The notes under the pieces were generated by a model that worked only from the letters and a program-made list of their open reading frames with translations, did not search any database and was not told the origin of the DNA. A stretch of 64,000 bases of DNA from Octopus vulgaris (Eukaryota), in contig OX597815.1 of assembly GCA_951406725.2 (NCBI GenBank), forward strand, positions 85,188,001 through 85,252,000. Reading direction: 5' to 3'. The position numbers and the translations under genes were made by a program. Shown here piece by piece: positions 52,217 to 64,000 of this stretch. How positions within the stretch are numbered: the first letter of the stretch is position 1; each line of letters opens with the position of its first letter.

Positions 52217-53480
52217 AAAATCATTTCTGTTATAAGGAACTAACATCTGAAATTACCCTTTATAGCACCAACATAAACTATTTTTATTTCCTAAAGTTTG
52301 CAAATGAAAAGCTAGATTTTGTAATGCAGTGATATAGGAATACCAATGAACACTTAATCTTCAAGGAGTGATAAAAGCAGCTTTTGCCTTTTTCATGCTC
52401 CTACTATTTGGTTATAACCCTGCAAGCTTGTCACTTATACAGTGCACTTACACTTATGGTTGTGAACTGATTTACTGTTGTCACTTATTTATATCAAATG
52501 GATTGAGTTTTTATACATTGCTGTTGATCAAATACAAACTATTGACTCTTTAGTTGGTTCAATACTATCATCTCTCACAGCTGCAACCGTCACATCTATA
52601 ATAAATTGGTTCAAAGCAGAATTTTCTTACTGTAGTTCCTAAACTGATGTTGAATAATAATTTTACCTCGTTCTTCAATGTGTTGTGCATTATGGACCAT
52701 CATTCACTTCATGAAAAAATGAGAAGACAGTTTCATTAGTTATGCTTATTAAAGTTTTTTTCTCTGCTCTTTGTAATCATTTCTACTTCAAAAAAATCTG
52801 TTAAAAACTATCAAAAGCTGTCCATTTCTTGGATGTTTCTATTGTTAAGCAGGAGTGAGTTTTCTTTTATTCTTCATTAGTAAGCTTGGGTTTAATAGAG
52901 TGAAGTATATCAAATATAAATCTTTACACATTTATTTCATTTGATTTGATTTTCTCATTGCAACTATAAAGTCTTTAATATCTTGCTAAAAAAAAATCAA
53001 TTACAGCTGCTATAGTTGTCATTCCATTGTTGGTAAACAGCATTTTCCCAGCTATGGGTAGACAGCTGAATATTAAGAACTAGTAGACCAATACTCAAGA
53101 TACATTTGTCATTTAATTTTGAACTGAATTTTATTTTTTTATCACTATTGCAGCTGTATGAATCACACCAGTATTATGTATATAAATTGCCATAATATTT
53201 AGTGACTTAAAACATTCTTCCCCTCTTGAAAAAGATTTGGTTGTTTACTAATCAGGTCATTCCATTACTATTTTGAAATGTTGCAGAAATGGGTTTTTAT
53301 TTTTCCCCCTTTGAAGTTAAGCTTGATTTTTCAGAAACTGAAGAGAAAGTATATAAAATACTTGATATCTAGTAAACAGAAAATAAATAATACTGAAACC
53401 AATTGCAGCGTGGAAGGTGTTTGTAAGCCATTTAAGAAACACACAAAAGCCGTTCGATTCACTTCAACATTTAAGTTTAA

Positions 53481-53532
53481 TTTGTCAAAAAATTTTTCGG
53501 CGCTTTAAGACCGCGACCTGTTCACTGACAAA
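53481..53532 (-). ncRNA. Minimal type-I hammerhead ribozyme-like fold with G3-C8 core variant (minus-strand copy)
   Basis: tttgtca-GTGAACA-ggtcgc ggtcttaaa gcgcc-GAAA-aattttt-tgacaaa. Confidence 0.62.
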
Positions 53533-53563
53533 AATCCGTGCTGCATCAGATGCAGCACGGATT

Positions 53564-53613
53564 TTTGTCAGTGAACAGGTCGCGGATTTTAGCGACGAAA
53601 ATTTTTTGACAAA
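53564..53613 (+). ncRNA. Minimal type-I hammerhead ribozyme-like fold with G3-C8 core variant (plus-strand copy)
   Basis: Stem I tttgtca/tgacaaa (7 bp), core GTGAACA, stem II gtcgc/gcgac (5 bp), GAAA, 6-nt minimal helix III region attttt. Confidence 0.65.
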
Positions 53614-54307
53614 TTAAACTTAAATGTTGATGTGAATCGAACGGCTTTTGTGTGTTTCTTAAATGGCTTACAAACACCTTCCACGCTGCAATTGTTTTTG
53701 TTTCAGCACACAATCTCAGATCAAATCACTTGCTATGTGAGTACATCTCCGTAAATAATACTGAATTCTGAAATTACATTTTAAGGCAAGGAAAATAAAA
53801 CAGATGGTAAAGAGTTGGATATATCTTTTAGACAGTCTAATTTGGTGTTTTCAGACGTTTTTAAAGTTTTTTTTAAAATCCTACTGTTTCAACCCACTAT
53901 TTGTATTTTAGTTGCTTTTAAGAATAAATATTTTTATATATAATCAATAATACTGAGTTCTATAAATATTTTCAATTCTAATCTGATATAGCACCTTGAT
54001 TTGAAGATCTTGTTACAGAAGTACTCAAGTTAGGATTTTAATAGTTTTGGTGTTAAACAAACTTTAAGATATATTTCAAAACTGTGAAAAATGTGGCCTG
54101 AAATTATAAGAAGAAAATAGCAGCCAACTCTCTACTAAATTACATGCTACCATCATTGAAAGACATTTTGTTGTTTTTGGTGCCCTGTTCATGTGAAGCA
54201 GTCAGGATGGCCATAGCTGCATTGCCTTGTGGTTATAGGTCTGTTCAATCATGCCTGATCTGATGCTAAACAATAATTGGCTAACAGTATTTGTCAATAT
54301 CACCACT

Positions 54308-54556
54308 GTGGAGGTGTGTGGTTTGGTGGTTAGGGTACTGGACTCATGATGATAAGATTGTAGTTTCGATTCCTGGACCAGGTGACATGTCTTCCTGAGC
54401 AAAACACTTCATTTCACGTAGCTCCAGTCCACTCAACTGACAAAAATGAGTAATCCTGTGACGGACTGGCATCCCATCCAGGTGGGGAATATATGTGCCA
54501 TGAAGCCGGGAAACCGGCCCTTCTGAGTCAGTATGACTTGGGAAGGTAACTTTACT
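54308..54556 (+). mobile_element. tRNA-derived SINE inserted into a locally duplicated segment
   Basis: tggtttggtggttagg..gtttcgattcc head; cctgagcaaaacactt core; absent from the paralogous segment at ~50270. Confidence 0.82.
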
Positions 54557-55324
54557 TTTTTTTTAGTATTGCCACTGGTTAGTGAAGCAATTTTCCCCTA
54601 CTCTGCAGTGCCTATAAATAGCTAGGTGGACTTATCCATTTGCACAATGGTGTGGTAGTTGTGAAAGTGTACAAAACAATGGCTAATTGTCCTTGCACTT
54701 CTGTGAATGTGAAAAGCAAAGTTTAAATTTTCTAACTTTACCAAATAAGAATATACTATTTTTAAGGTTGAAACTATGAAATATTCAGAAGGGAACTTTG
54801 GAATATATCATCCATTGAACTTCCATCATGAACTGTTTGGTAACATGACTTTCTGTTCTTACCCTTCGTTTTGTGAATATTATATTTTATCTGACTATCT
54901 TCCTATAATAGAGATTTATTTTTGACATCAACTACATGGTTGTTTGACATGTTAGAGCCAAATTCCCCTCAAATCCGATCCTGGCATCTTGAAAACGGAA
55001 AGAGCATGCTGCACAATGTAGCCCTAGATACACAAAAAACAGTTGAGATGGCCATGGCTGTAATGCCAATTATCATAAGTTCTCTTGATCAAGGTTGAGC
55101 AACAATCCATTTCATATTCAGAGCTTCAAATTCATGTGAGGGCCATTTCCTGTAACCCCATCACCACCACCACCAAACCTCATATCCTCAAAACTGCAAA
55201 AATTTCCTTTTGGTGGTAGTGGTGGAGGAGGAGGTCTAAAAATATTCCAGCCTTACAAGCTAATTATTCTGGCTGATAGAATCTCAATTAGCACCATTCC
55301 ATATCAGAGTAAAAAGTCCTGACA

Positions 55325-55510
55325 ACTCTCTATTTCTGTCTCCCCTCTCTCTCCTAGTCTCTCTTTCTCCCTCCCTCCCTCTCTTTCTCCTTTCTTCCTT
55401 TCCTTTTCTACCTCTCTCTCTTTCTCTCCCTTTCCCTCTCTCCCTATCTCATCCCTTTCTACACCTCCCTCTCTCCCTGATTATCTTTCCTTACCTCTGT
55501 CTCCCTTTAC
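55325..55510. repeat. Polypyrimidine (CT-rich) low-complexity tract
   Basis: Direct reading. Confidence 0.85.
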
Positions 55511-56379
55511 TTTGGATAGAGGACTGGGAACTGCTCAGATTTTGTGGAAGTGCTACCTAAGTTCTGCTACATATTCTAAATATATTCTAAATGATATTCT
55601 AAATATATTAGGAGTAGAAGTAGTGATAGCTTATTGGCTCGATTTTATGAGATTTTCAGAAAATTTTAACCCCTATTGGCAACACGTCCTCTTTTGCCTT
55701 CATATAAAGGTAGACTATATGAAACATTGATTGTAAAAGTATTTTCTATGGCATAGATAGTTTTAATTTAATCATTTCACAACCATATTTCAAAAGAAAT
55801 ACAATGCTGAAATTTATTTTGAAAATGATCAAGAAATTTAGGAAAATAAATTTTTTCATTATTGACCTGGTTTTTGGAACATAACTTAAAAAGATTCTTA
55901 CATTAAATTAAAGTGGAAAATTTTAATCAAAAAAGTTTCAAGTTTAGATGTCTGGTTTGGTAGAAACAGAGGTAGTCTCAAGTATACTGAGAATTAAAAG
56001 TAGAAGATAGCCATGTTATATGTAGGAAGATACGAGAAATATATTGGTTCACAAACTGAATATATTAAGATGTATTTCAAATTTAGCTTGACCATATAGT
56101 ATTTATATAAGTTGCCATTAAATAAATGTTGTTGATGTAAGCATTTTAATTCATTTCACACTGTAGTCTACAATCATTTTTTTTTTTTACATAAGTCTAA
56201 TTTGCAATTATATTATTTAGAAATAAAAATATCATTTATAAACAATTATAAAATACACGATTTCTGTTTAAATTTTCTTTTGCATTCATTTGGTTGACCA
56301 GTTACTCAGTTAATGAAAGGATTTTAAAACTGAACTGTAATAAGTTAACTATACATATATTTTAAAAGTCTAGTTTCAC

Positions 56380-57240
56380 TAAGGACTCATACTCTGTCAA
56401 TTCTGGTGTGCCTAAGGGTTCAGTTCTGTTCTCTATAGTCTTTCTTTCATAGTCCTTCTTTCATATATCACTGTTCTATGCACTCTCATGACTAACAATG
56501 CCCTCCCTTCAATCTTCCCAAACCTTCCCTACTCAAATGTCATCAACAGGCAACCTAGACACTATATACCAAGTCTACATTGACTCATAGATAGACCTTG
56601 AAAATATTCTCCAATGGCATTATATCAAACTTGTCTCTCTGAAAAGCAAATTAAAAAAAATAAAATCTAGAATTATTCATCAGAACTACACCTCACCTTC
56701 CATTAAACATGTGCAGCATGCAGCTAGGGCCTTTGCTGTCACTCTAAATACTGGGCTTCAATATCCATGACATCTTATGGTGAATGTTCATTCAGAAAAT
56801 AGCTAGGCTTGTATCTTAGACTGGACACTCTCTTCAGAGCCAGAAAATACTTCAGCTCCCTGTAATTATTGACCCTCTATAACTCTCAGGGGAGACCTAC
56901 TGTGAGTACTTCTCCCATATCTGAGATAGAGTAGCTGTTACATCCTTAGACTGCATTTAGAGAAAGGCTACATGATTGTTTGGTATAAAGTCACTTTCAG
57001 ACAAGCTATCTTCTTTATTCTTTGTTTTTCTATCAATACAGCAATGACCTCTGTTCGTCAGAGATGGCTGGGTTTTTCCTTGCTTCCACTCAGGCAGTCA
57101 TCACTCACTCCTCTCTCCTCTTTTCACACAGATGTTGTGTGTAACTCTTCCTTCCCAAAATATCAGCCCTCTAGAAATTCCACACTGCACATTAATTGCA
57201 TCAATCACACCAGTTTCAAAGGGCTTGTGAAAACCATGGA
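56380..57240 (+). mobile_element. Decayed Jockey/CR1-group LINE 3' fragment
   Basis: SYSVNSGVPKGSVL (GVPQGSVL motif) at ~56390-56430; LYNSQ.RP...EY.S.IW-like segment at ~56875-56925. Confidence 0.6.
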
Positions 57241-59053
57241 CATTGCCCTTTTCTTCAAACCTGGCTAATATAAAAAAAAACTACCTTTTCCTTCAGTTTT
57301 CTTTGTATTGTGGCAGTTGTAGCATTAAAAATACTTATATTTATTGGTATCTATCTTTTATCATATTTGATAAATAGAGTATCAGTGAACAAATCATACA
57401 TATATGGTGAAGTATTTTGATACCTACTAATATAAACCATTACAAAATTATAAGTAGAAGTGAATATAATGAGGTATGTTTTTCAATGGCTCTACCACAG
57501 TAAATATATTTAGTCTCGGTTTATGTTCTTTTTGTCAGAGATGAACTGACATACAAAATGTTACCAGATAAATTTCCATATTTTGAAATAGTTCAATGAT
57601 TTTGAGAATATTAAAGTATGGATATGTAGCTTTCTTACTTTCATTGTGGTTGTTACCTGGTCAGGTCAGGTTCTATTGCAGCTGGTACCATGTAACCCAA
57701 CATGTTGACTAGCTAGTATCTAAACTGCTAGCCCACACGTCATGCAGTTTATTGAATAAAGCAGGCGGACTGTTATCCAGCATGATTAAAGTTAAGACAA
57801 ATCGAAGGGTGAAAGAGGTCATGGAAGTCAACAATAACCAGAGAGAGGATAAGGGTTAGCAGGTTATTTTACTGAAACATACACATTGCTGTGCTCCTAC
57901 AGGAATTTTCTATCTATGAATTTTTAATGGATATTAGTTCACTAACCAAAAATTGAAGTAGAAACAGATTACAAACCCCAAGTGGAGGAATGGCACAATG
58001 TAATTTAGGTGGGTGGAGGGTGTGAAATAATTTTATAATTTAAAACTTAGTTGTTTAACCTCCAATCATACTTGATTGAGCAGATCCATGATCAAAGATA
58101 TTGCAGCAGTGGCCATTCCATTATTTTTTTCTATTAACCAGTCAATATTAATATTGTGCTCTCTGCCACCCCCACCTTTAAGATAGTACTGTGAAATTTT
58201 GTGTGTTGAGACTCTTTAAAAAAAACCTTGCTTTCTAATAATTTTAAGGTGTAAATTTGAGACGGGATTTATAAATCGGGTAATTTAGACTGAAAGAAGG
58301 CTGTTGATCAGATCAAATACATTTTTATAACGGCTGATTTATAGAATTGCCATGGTTTGCAAAGGTTTGAGAAATGAACTTGTTTGGAGTGAAGTGGGGT
58401 TTAATTTGACTAAAGAATACTTTATAAGTTTAGGTATTTTGAGCATAGTTTCCTTCAAACACTTTTGACATTTAACTTACATAGAGATGTGATTCGTGCC
58501 AGGGAGAACAGTGTGCTTTTGTTTTCTTTTGTAGTTTGCAATTTTGCACTAAATTGTCTTTTACCCCATTTCCGAAAGTTTTGTCAATCCCCTTTCATTT
58601 AAGTTGTGCTAGTTAGATATTTGTGTCTATTTTTAAGAGTTGATTTCAGTTTTTTCAGCTATTGTTAGTAAGATTTCATTATTTTTTTTTTTTTAGTCTT
58701 TTTATTTTTGTTGTTGAACTGCATGATTATATCTGTTTGATGACAGATGTAAAGTATTGATGTTTGTGGGGGATGTGTTCTTTTGTAGTGCCACAGGTGC
58801 TTGTTTATCATATACTTTGTAACTTGGCGAGCATGTATAATGAGAAAATGCCAAAACAAATCATGAAAGTTGTAATAATTCCAATTGAGTGTATGAATTG
58901 CTTTGTACCTTTTTCAGAAAACACTCCTATTTGTACTTTCCATACCTTCTCTTGTCCTATATTTCCATATGATGATTTATTTTTATATAAATCTTATGGA
59001 GAATTTACCATTCACCAGTCTACAACAATAATTTCTTTTGACTTGGTTAAAGG

Positions 59054-59389
59054 GTAAAGACCCCCTTCAGTCATGAATGACCATGAGATTGCACATAGAA
59101 AGTTATCCTCTGAGGCACAAGTCTGGGCTAGGTTCTTTATAGAAGACCACCAGTTGCTCATGCATACCAGCCTCCCCTATCCACACCACTAATGTTATCC
59201 AAGGGAGAGTCAAAGGCTGATACAGCTTGGCACCAGTGATGTCGCAACTCCTATCTACAGATGAGTGAACTGGAGCAACATGAAATATAGTGTCTTGCTC
59301 AAGAATAACACACAGCCCAATCCAGGAATCAAACTCACTACCTCATGATTGTGAGCCCAACACTCTAACCACTGAGCCATGTGCCTTCA
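59054..59389 (-). mobile_element. tRNA-derived SINE (family C)
   Basis: Collinear with 16685-17023. Confidence 0.88.
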
Positions 59390-59529
59390 AGGTTAATTTT
59401 ATAGCTGATGAAACAACTGTCAAATGAGTTAGCCTATAGAGAACAAAGTATCTAACTAGATATCCTAAATTATTTTGGTCAGCTTGAAACATGCACCAAA
59501 TGGTCTGTCATATTCTTTCCCAATTGTAA

Positions 59530-59655
59530 TAATGTTTCAAATTTTGGCATTAGCCAGCAATTTCAGGAGAGAAGTAAGTCAGTTACATTGACCCTTGTGC
59601 TCAACTGGTACTTATTTTATCAATCCTGGAAGGCTGAAAGGTAGTGTCAACTTTG
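59530..59655 (-). mobile_element. Family B SINE 3' fragment
   Basis: Matches 25803-25930. Confidence 0.65.
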
Positions 59656-59733
59656 ACCTAGTAATAATAAATTAACTATGGGAAAATATGAGTATTAGTT
59701 ATGCATAATATTAAATATATAGTTATGTATAAT

Positions 59734-59945
59734 CTTTTCTACTCTAGGCACAAGGCTCAAAATTTGGTGGTGGGGGGCAGTCAATTAGATTTACCCCAGT
59801 ATGCATCTGGTACTTAATTTATCGACCCCAAAAGAATCAAAGGCAAAGTCAACCTCGGTTGAATTTGATCTCAGAACGTAAAGACAGACAAAATACTGCT
59901 AAGCATTTCACCTGGTGTGCTAACGTTTCTGCCAGCTTGTTGCCT
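59734..59945 (-). mobile_element. tRNA-derived SINE (family B) inserted into a minisatellite
   Basis: Matches 36917-37127; flanked by tagttatgtataat on both sides. Confidence 0.88.
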
Positions 59946-60360
59946 TAGTTATGTATAATGTTAAATATATAATAATATTAAATATATAGTTATGTATGAT
60001 ATTAAATACATAGTTATGTATAATATTAAATATATATTTACATATAATATTAAATATATAATAACATCAAATATATAGTTATGTATAATATTAAATATAT
60101 ATTTACATATAATATTAAATATATAATAACATCAAATATATAGTTATGTATAATATTAAATATATATTTACATATAATATTAAATATATAATAACATCAA
60201 ATATATAGTTATGTATAATATTAAATATATATTTACATATAATATTAAATATATAACATCAAATATAGTTATGTATAATATTAAATATATATTTACATAT
60301 TATATTAATTATATAATAATATCAAATATATAGTTATTTATGATATTAGATATATATATA
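59946..60360. repeat. AT-rich minisatellite: 24-bp monomer grading into a 65-bp higher-order unit
   Basis: tagttatgtataatattaaatata + tatttacatataatattaaatata + taataacatcaaatata repeated at 60011, 60076, 60141, 60206 and ~60266. Confidence 0.92.
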
Positions 60361-61295
60361 TATAGGTGCAGGAGCAATCATCTCAGTCATTACAAATATC
60401 AGTACCTATAGTTAATTACAAAACCAGTTTCAAGTAACTGTAGTGCCAGTCATTAAAGGAAATTTTGTTGATGATACTTCATTTTAATTTTCGAGGCTTT
60501 TTGTTTTCAAACTATCCTAAAGATAGCTGGTGTCTAATTCAATAATAAGATCTAAAATCAAGTTAAATGTCACAGAATAACTATAAAATGAAAATATTAG
60601 TCATTGACTTATTCTTTTCATTACTGCATGATTATTTCTTGATAGTTTTCTAGTGCTCTCTACTTGTAACACATTAATACTAACTTAACTATTGTTTGTT
60701 GTACAGATATCTCTACATAATTTTGTCTTCTGATACCAATCAATCTACAGTACAGTGATTCTTTCATCAGAGAGTATGGTACAGGCTATGTTTTATTGAT
60801 ATGTCAATAAGACTGAAACATCCCCTCAGATGTTGCCCATACATGCAAGAAAAATAAGTTACGAGATTTATTGAGTAATATTGTTGTGTCTGAGAAGGGT
60901 CATAGTGCCTTAATATAACACACCCACTGATTCATTTCCACTCATTTATTTCATGTTTTAATGAAGTGGAGCTGTCAGATTTAGACAGCAGAACACAGTG
61001 TCTTTCAGCATCTTGCTAGCTTGGCTAGAGCTTATCTCGTTTGTAAGATTCCCCATGTGTTGAAGCAAATTTTCACATTGCACAATTATTACTAATTAGC
61101 TATTTAATGTTGACTGCATTAAATATGTTAGTATTAACTTAACTGTGATGACATAAGTTCTTCTCCTAATAGCATACAAACTTACAGTTCACTTCAAGAA
61201 TTAACCAACAGAAATTTAAAAATAGAACACTTACCAAAGTCACCAAATTTGATTTCTTTATGTATTTTTATGTGGCAATTTTTTTTTTATTGCAG

Positions 61296-61490
61296 ATTCG
61301 TGTGAAAGTCTTGGAAGCCCGCCAGTTGATGGGATCCAACATCCAACCACTGGCTAGGGTTAAAGTCTACAATCAAACAAAACAGACTCGTGTAAAGAAA
61401 TCAACCAATTCTCCCTTCTGGAATGAATCATTCTTTTTCAACTTCAATATGTCGCCTTCAGAATTATTTGACGAGCTTATTGAATTCCAG
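61296..61490 (+). CDS. MYOF: Ferlin exon, C2B: IRVKVLEARQLMGSNIQPLARVKVYNQTKQTRVKKSTNSPFWNESFFFNFNMSPSELFDELIEFQ
   Basis: ttttttattgcag| acceptor, |gtaaaa donor; 195 bp, phase 0 to 0; clear ferlin C2B signature (IRV..EARQL, TRVKK, P.WNE.FFFN, P.ELFDE). Confidence 0.96.
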
Positions 61491-63010
61491 GTAAAAACAT
61501 TTCAGAAGTTGACTTTTAACACTATATTCTCTGATTATTTAACTTAATTCACTTTTCATACATGCTATGATTTACAACCAGATTATTTTGTTTATTTGGG
61601 TTAATAATAGCAAATACACATGAAAATGTGTTTTGTTTTATATGGATTGTAAAATAGTGTTAGATGCTGGTAGTAGTAGGATTTAATCATTTGTATAAAA
61701 TGTATGTTAATTACCAAAACTGTATTGAAGTCTATTGGAGCACACTTTGTTCTTAGTCTCATTCTTAGAATGTTTGCAACAGATACGAGTTCACTCTGAT
61801 GTCAGCTTTTGGCTTAAATCTCTGGTCTGAAAATAACTCAGTTCTGGATTTCACTGCTTCCCACTGCCTCAACACAAATCGTGATTGCTTCCTTTGTTTT
61901 GACCCACCAATCTCATCTGTCATGGATACTGCTCCTCTTGTTAAACCAAAAGAAAAAATAAATTACTTATTTCTCAATAGAACTTTATAAAAATATTTGC
62001 AGTCTAATCATTAGGTTCTTGATTTAACAGGGATTATAGAATTTAGGTATTACATCCAAATAAGAATTTAAGCAACTGTTTACTGAAAAATAGGAAATGA
62101 GATTAAGTATCAATTGTTGATGAATATTTTTGAATATTTGATGAATATTATGAACTATCATAATTAGTATATTAGTTACAAAGTATATTAGTTACAAGAG
62201 TACATCATCACAGGTGTTATTTCCACCATAAAATATATCTCTCTGAAAACTGGTCACAAATCATGTAGAGACATTGCTGAGTTGTAAGAACTCTTTAGTC
62301 TTGTAGGAGGCATGACGCATCCCCTGTGCTGGTGTCACAATAAAATGCACTTAGTACACTGTAAAGTGTTTGGTATTAGGAGACTATCCAGCTGCAGGAA
62401 CCATGTTAAAACAAAGACACCTGAATGATATCTAGTTTTCAATATGCCAAGAAGAGCAGTAATTTTTAAAAATCAGATTTGGACTGTGAAATATCCATCA
62501 AACGCATACAAGTATGGAAAACTAATGTAAAATGATGATGGTGGTGGTTATATTGTCGTAGCACACACAACTTACTAAATTACAATACCCTTGCAGTTCT
62601 CTTACAGTCATCTGATGTATTGGCATTGAAAATGAGCAAATGAAATATTTAAGCACTCCCAAGCCTATCTTTTTTTTTATGCATCTTGAAAAAGACCTAT
62701 CCAGCATTTAGGAAGCTAAATTCGAACTGAAAATTCAAAGAGCCAAAACAGATGCTACAAGGCATCTCAGGTAATACTCACCTGAATTCAACATAGGGAG
62801 TACTGGAAAGTTTCTTAGTTATTCTAAAATTTAAATGAATTGAGTTTTAAGAAAGCTAGATAACTTCAGGCTTTTGATTAGATTTTTTTTATTCCAGATA
62901 CTTAAACTTTGGTTAATATAGGATGAGAAATTTACTAGTTTTTAAAGCATGAATTTATTCATTTACTATTTTATATTGACTTTTACACCTAGATACATTA
63001 ACTTTTGCAG

Positions 63011-63061
63011 GTGTTCAACTCGAGGAAGTTACGATCTGACTCACTCATAGGTTCTTTTAAG
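63011..63061 (+). CDS. MYOF: Ferlin exon, C2B: VFNSRKLRSDSLIGSFK
   Basis: cttttgcag| acceptor, |gtaaaa donor; 51 bp, phase 0 to 0; resembles myoferlin VYNSHSLRADCLMGEFK. Confidence 0.94.
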
Positions 63062-64000
63062 GTAAAATTTTATTTATTCATTCATAGTTTCACTTTGGTG
63101 TCGATTAACAAAACATCCAATAAAAATCATCTAAAAAAAACATAAATTAAGAAAAAGTATTGACTATGTAATATTTTCATTATAGTAAAAATTGCTCTTC
63201 TAATTTTGTTAATGACAACTAGCATGTAGTCTATTAGTTTGTCACATGTGGTTAAAATATTCAATAATTGACACAGACTATGCTTTTGAATATGTAACAA
63301 TTTTTAATGTTTGTTTTGTAAGTTTTCTGGAACATTGCATTTGTGTTTTCACTAAATATATGAAAAGAGAGGTTTTTTTCACAGCACTGACTATTGATTT
63401 ACTGAAGTTGGCCAGTTGCTGTCGTAATATGCAGGATTAAATTTGCATATTACTAAAAGGTTTTATGGAATATGGGCAGAATAACTTATCACCATGGACA
63501 AGCACTACAAAAAACAACCAACAGCAAAAAAAAAAAAAATGAATATCAGGAAATAAAAGATTAGAATAGTTGACTTTCAACTGAAGAGAATATGTTTCTT
63601 TTTAAGATGGAGCTGACCTTTCCCAGTGATATTATGCAATTAATCAACAGGAAAGGCCACCATATAAATTATGAGACAAGAGATTTTTGATCATTTATAT
63701 CTAAGCAGAATATAGTTAGGACTCTTTGTAATAAACAGTAGGTTTGTACCCTAACACCCTAACAATATAAGCAAACTTCATACTTTGACACAGTTTCAAT
63801 AACTGTATAATATCCTTGCTTTAATTAATGTATTTGTATTAAGAGGTATATTCTCGATGAACAATTATCAGAATCAGTATTGTTTTGTTATATATTTTCA
63901 GCCAAGTTGAATCAAGAACTGTATACAATTAAAAGCACCTTTAGTACTAAGTTGCATTTGGATTCTGTGTGGATATGTGATAACACAAGATGTCCCAGTG

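Larger units (their letters stand above)
53398..53751. mobile_element. Palindromic retroelement remnant (probable Penelope-like pLTR inversion) with a 14-bp TSD
   Basis: Arms 53400-53547 and 53549-53694 are near-perfect reverse complements with a 1-nt spacer; direct repeat taaataatactgaa at 53384-53397 and 53752-53765. Confidence 0.85.

Noticed and set aside
58200-59430. Possible Penelope RT relic (minus strand) and a CTGATGA at 59405
   Set aside because: Peptide hints are weak, and the CTGATGA has no stem II + GAAA partner.
63607-63650. Possible next ferlin exon after tttaag (MELTFPSD...), and the ttttcag acceptor at 63901
   Set aside because: No suitable donor or similarity to the expected x-D-x-G-x-x-Y segment; the second has an immediate in-frame stop. 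The next exon is probably beyond the window.

Overview
AT-rich, repeat-dense eukaryotic genomic DNA. The SINE/RTE repeat families and microsatellites suggest a cephalopod (Octopus-like); this is an inference. The window lies inside one + strand gene, a type-I ferlin (myoferlin/dysferlin-like). Six phase-consistent coding exons (15587-15678, 30324-30423, 33813-33867, 35419-35627, 61296-61490, 63011-63061) encode the second half of C2A, a Gly/acidic/basic linker and most of C2B. The start and end of the gene are outside the window. A seventh exon-like ORF (45971-46213) also ends in 'FQ|gt' and probably defines an alternative, possibly C2A-less, isoform. The introns hold tRNA-derived SINEs of several modular families, RTE and CR1-type LINE fragments, mariner/Tc1 relics, piggyBac- and hAT-like MITEs, non-autonomous Helitron/Helentron elements and Penelope-like relics. 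The most unusual element is a TSD-flanked ~295-bp palindrome (53400-53694) carrying two minimal type-I hammerhead-ribozyme folds, one per strand, with a swapped G3-C8 core pair. Repeat boundaries were read by eye and are approximate to within tens of bases unless a TSD is given.
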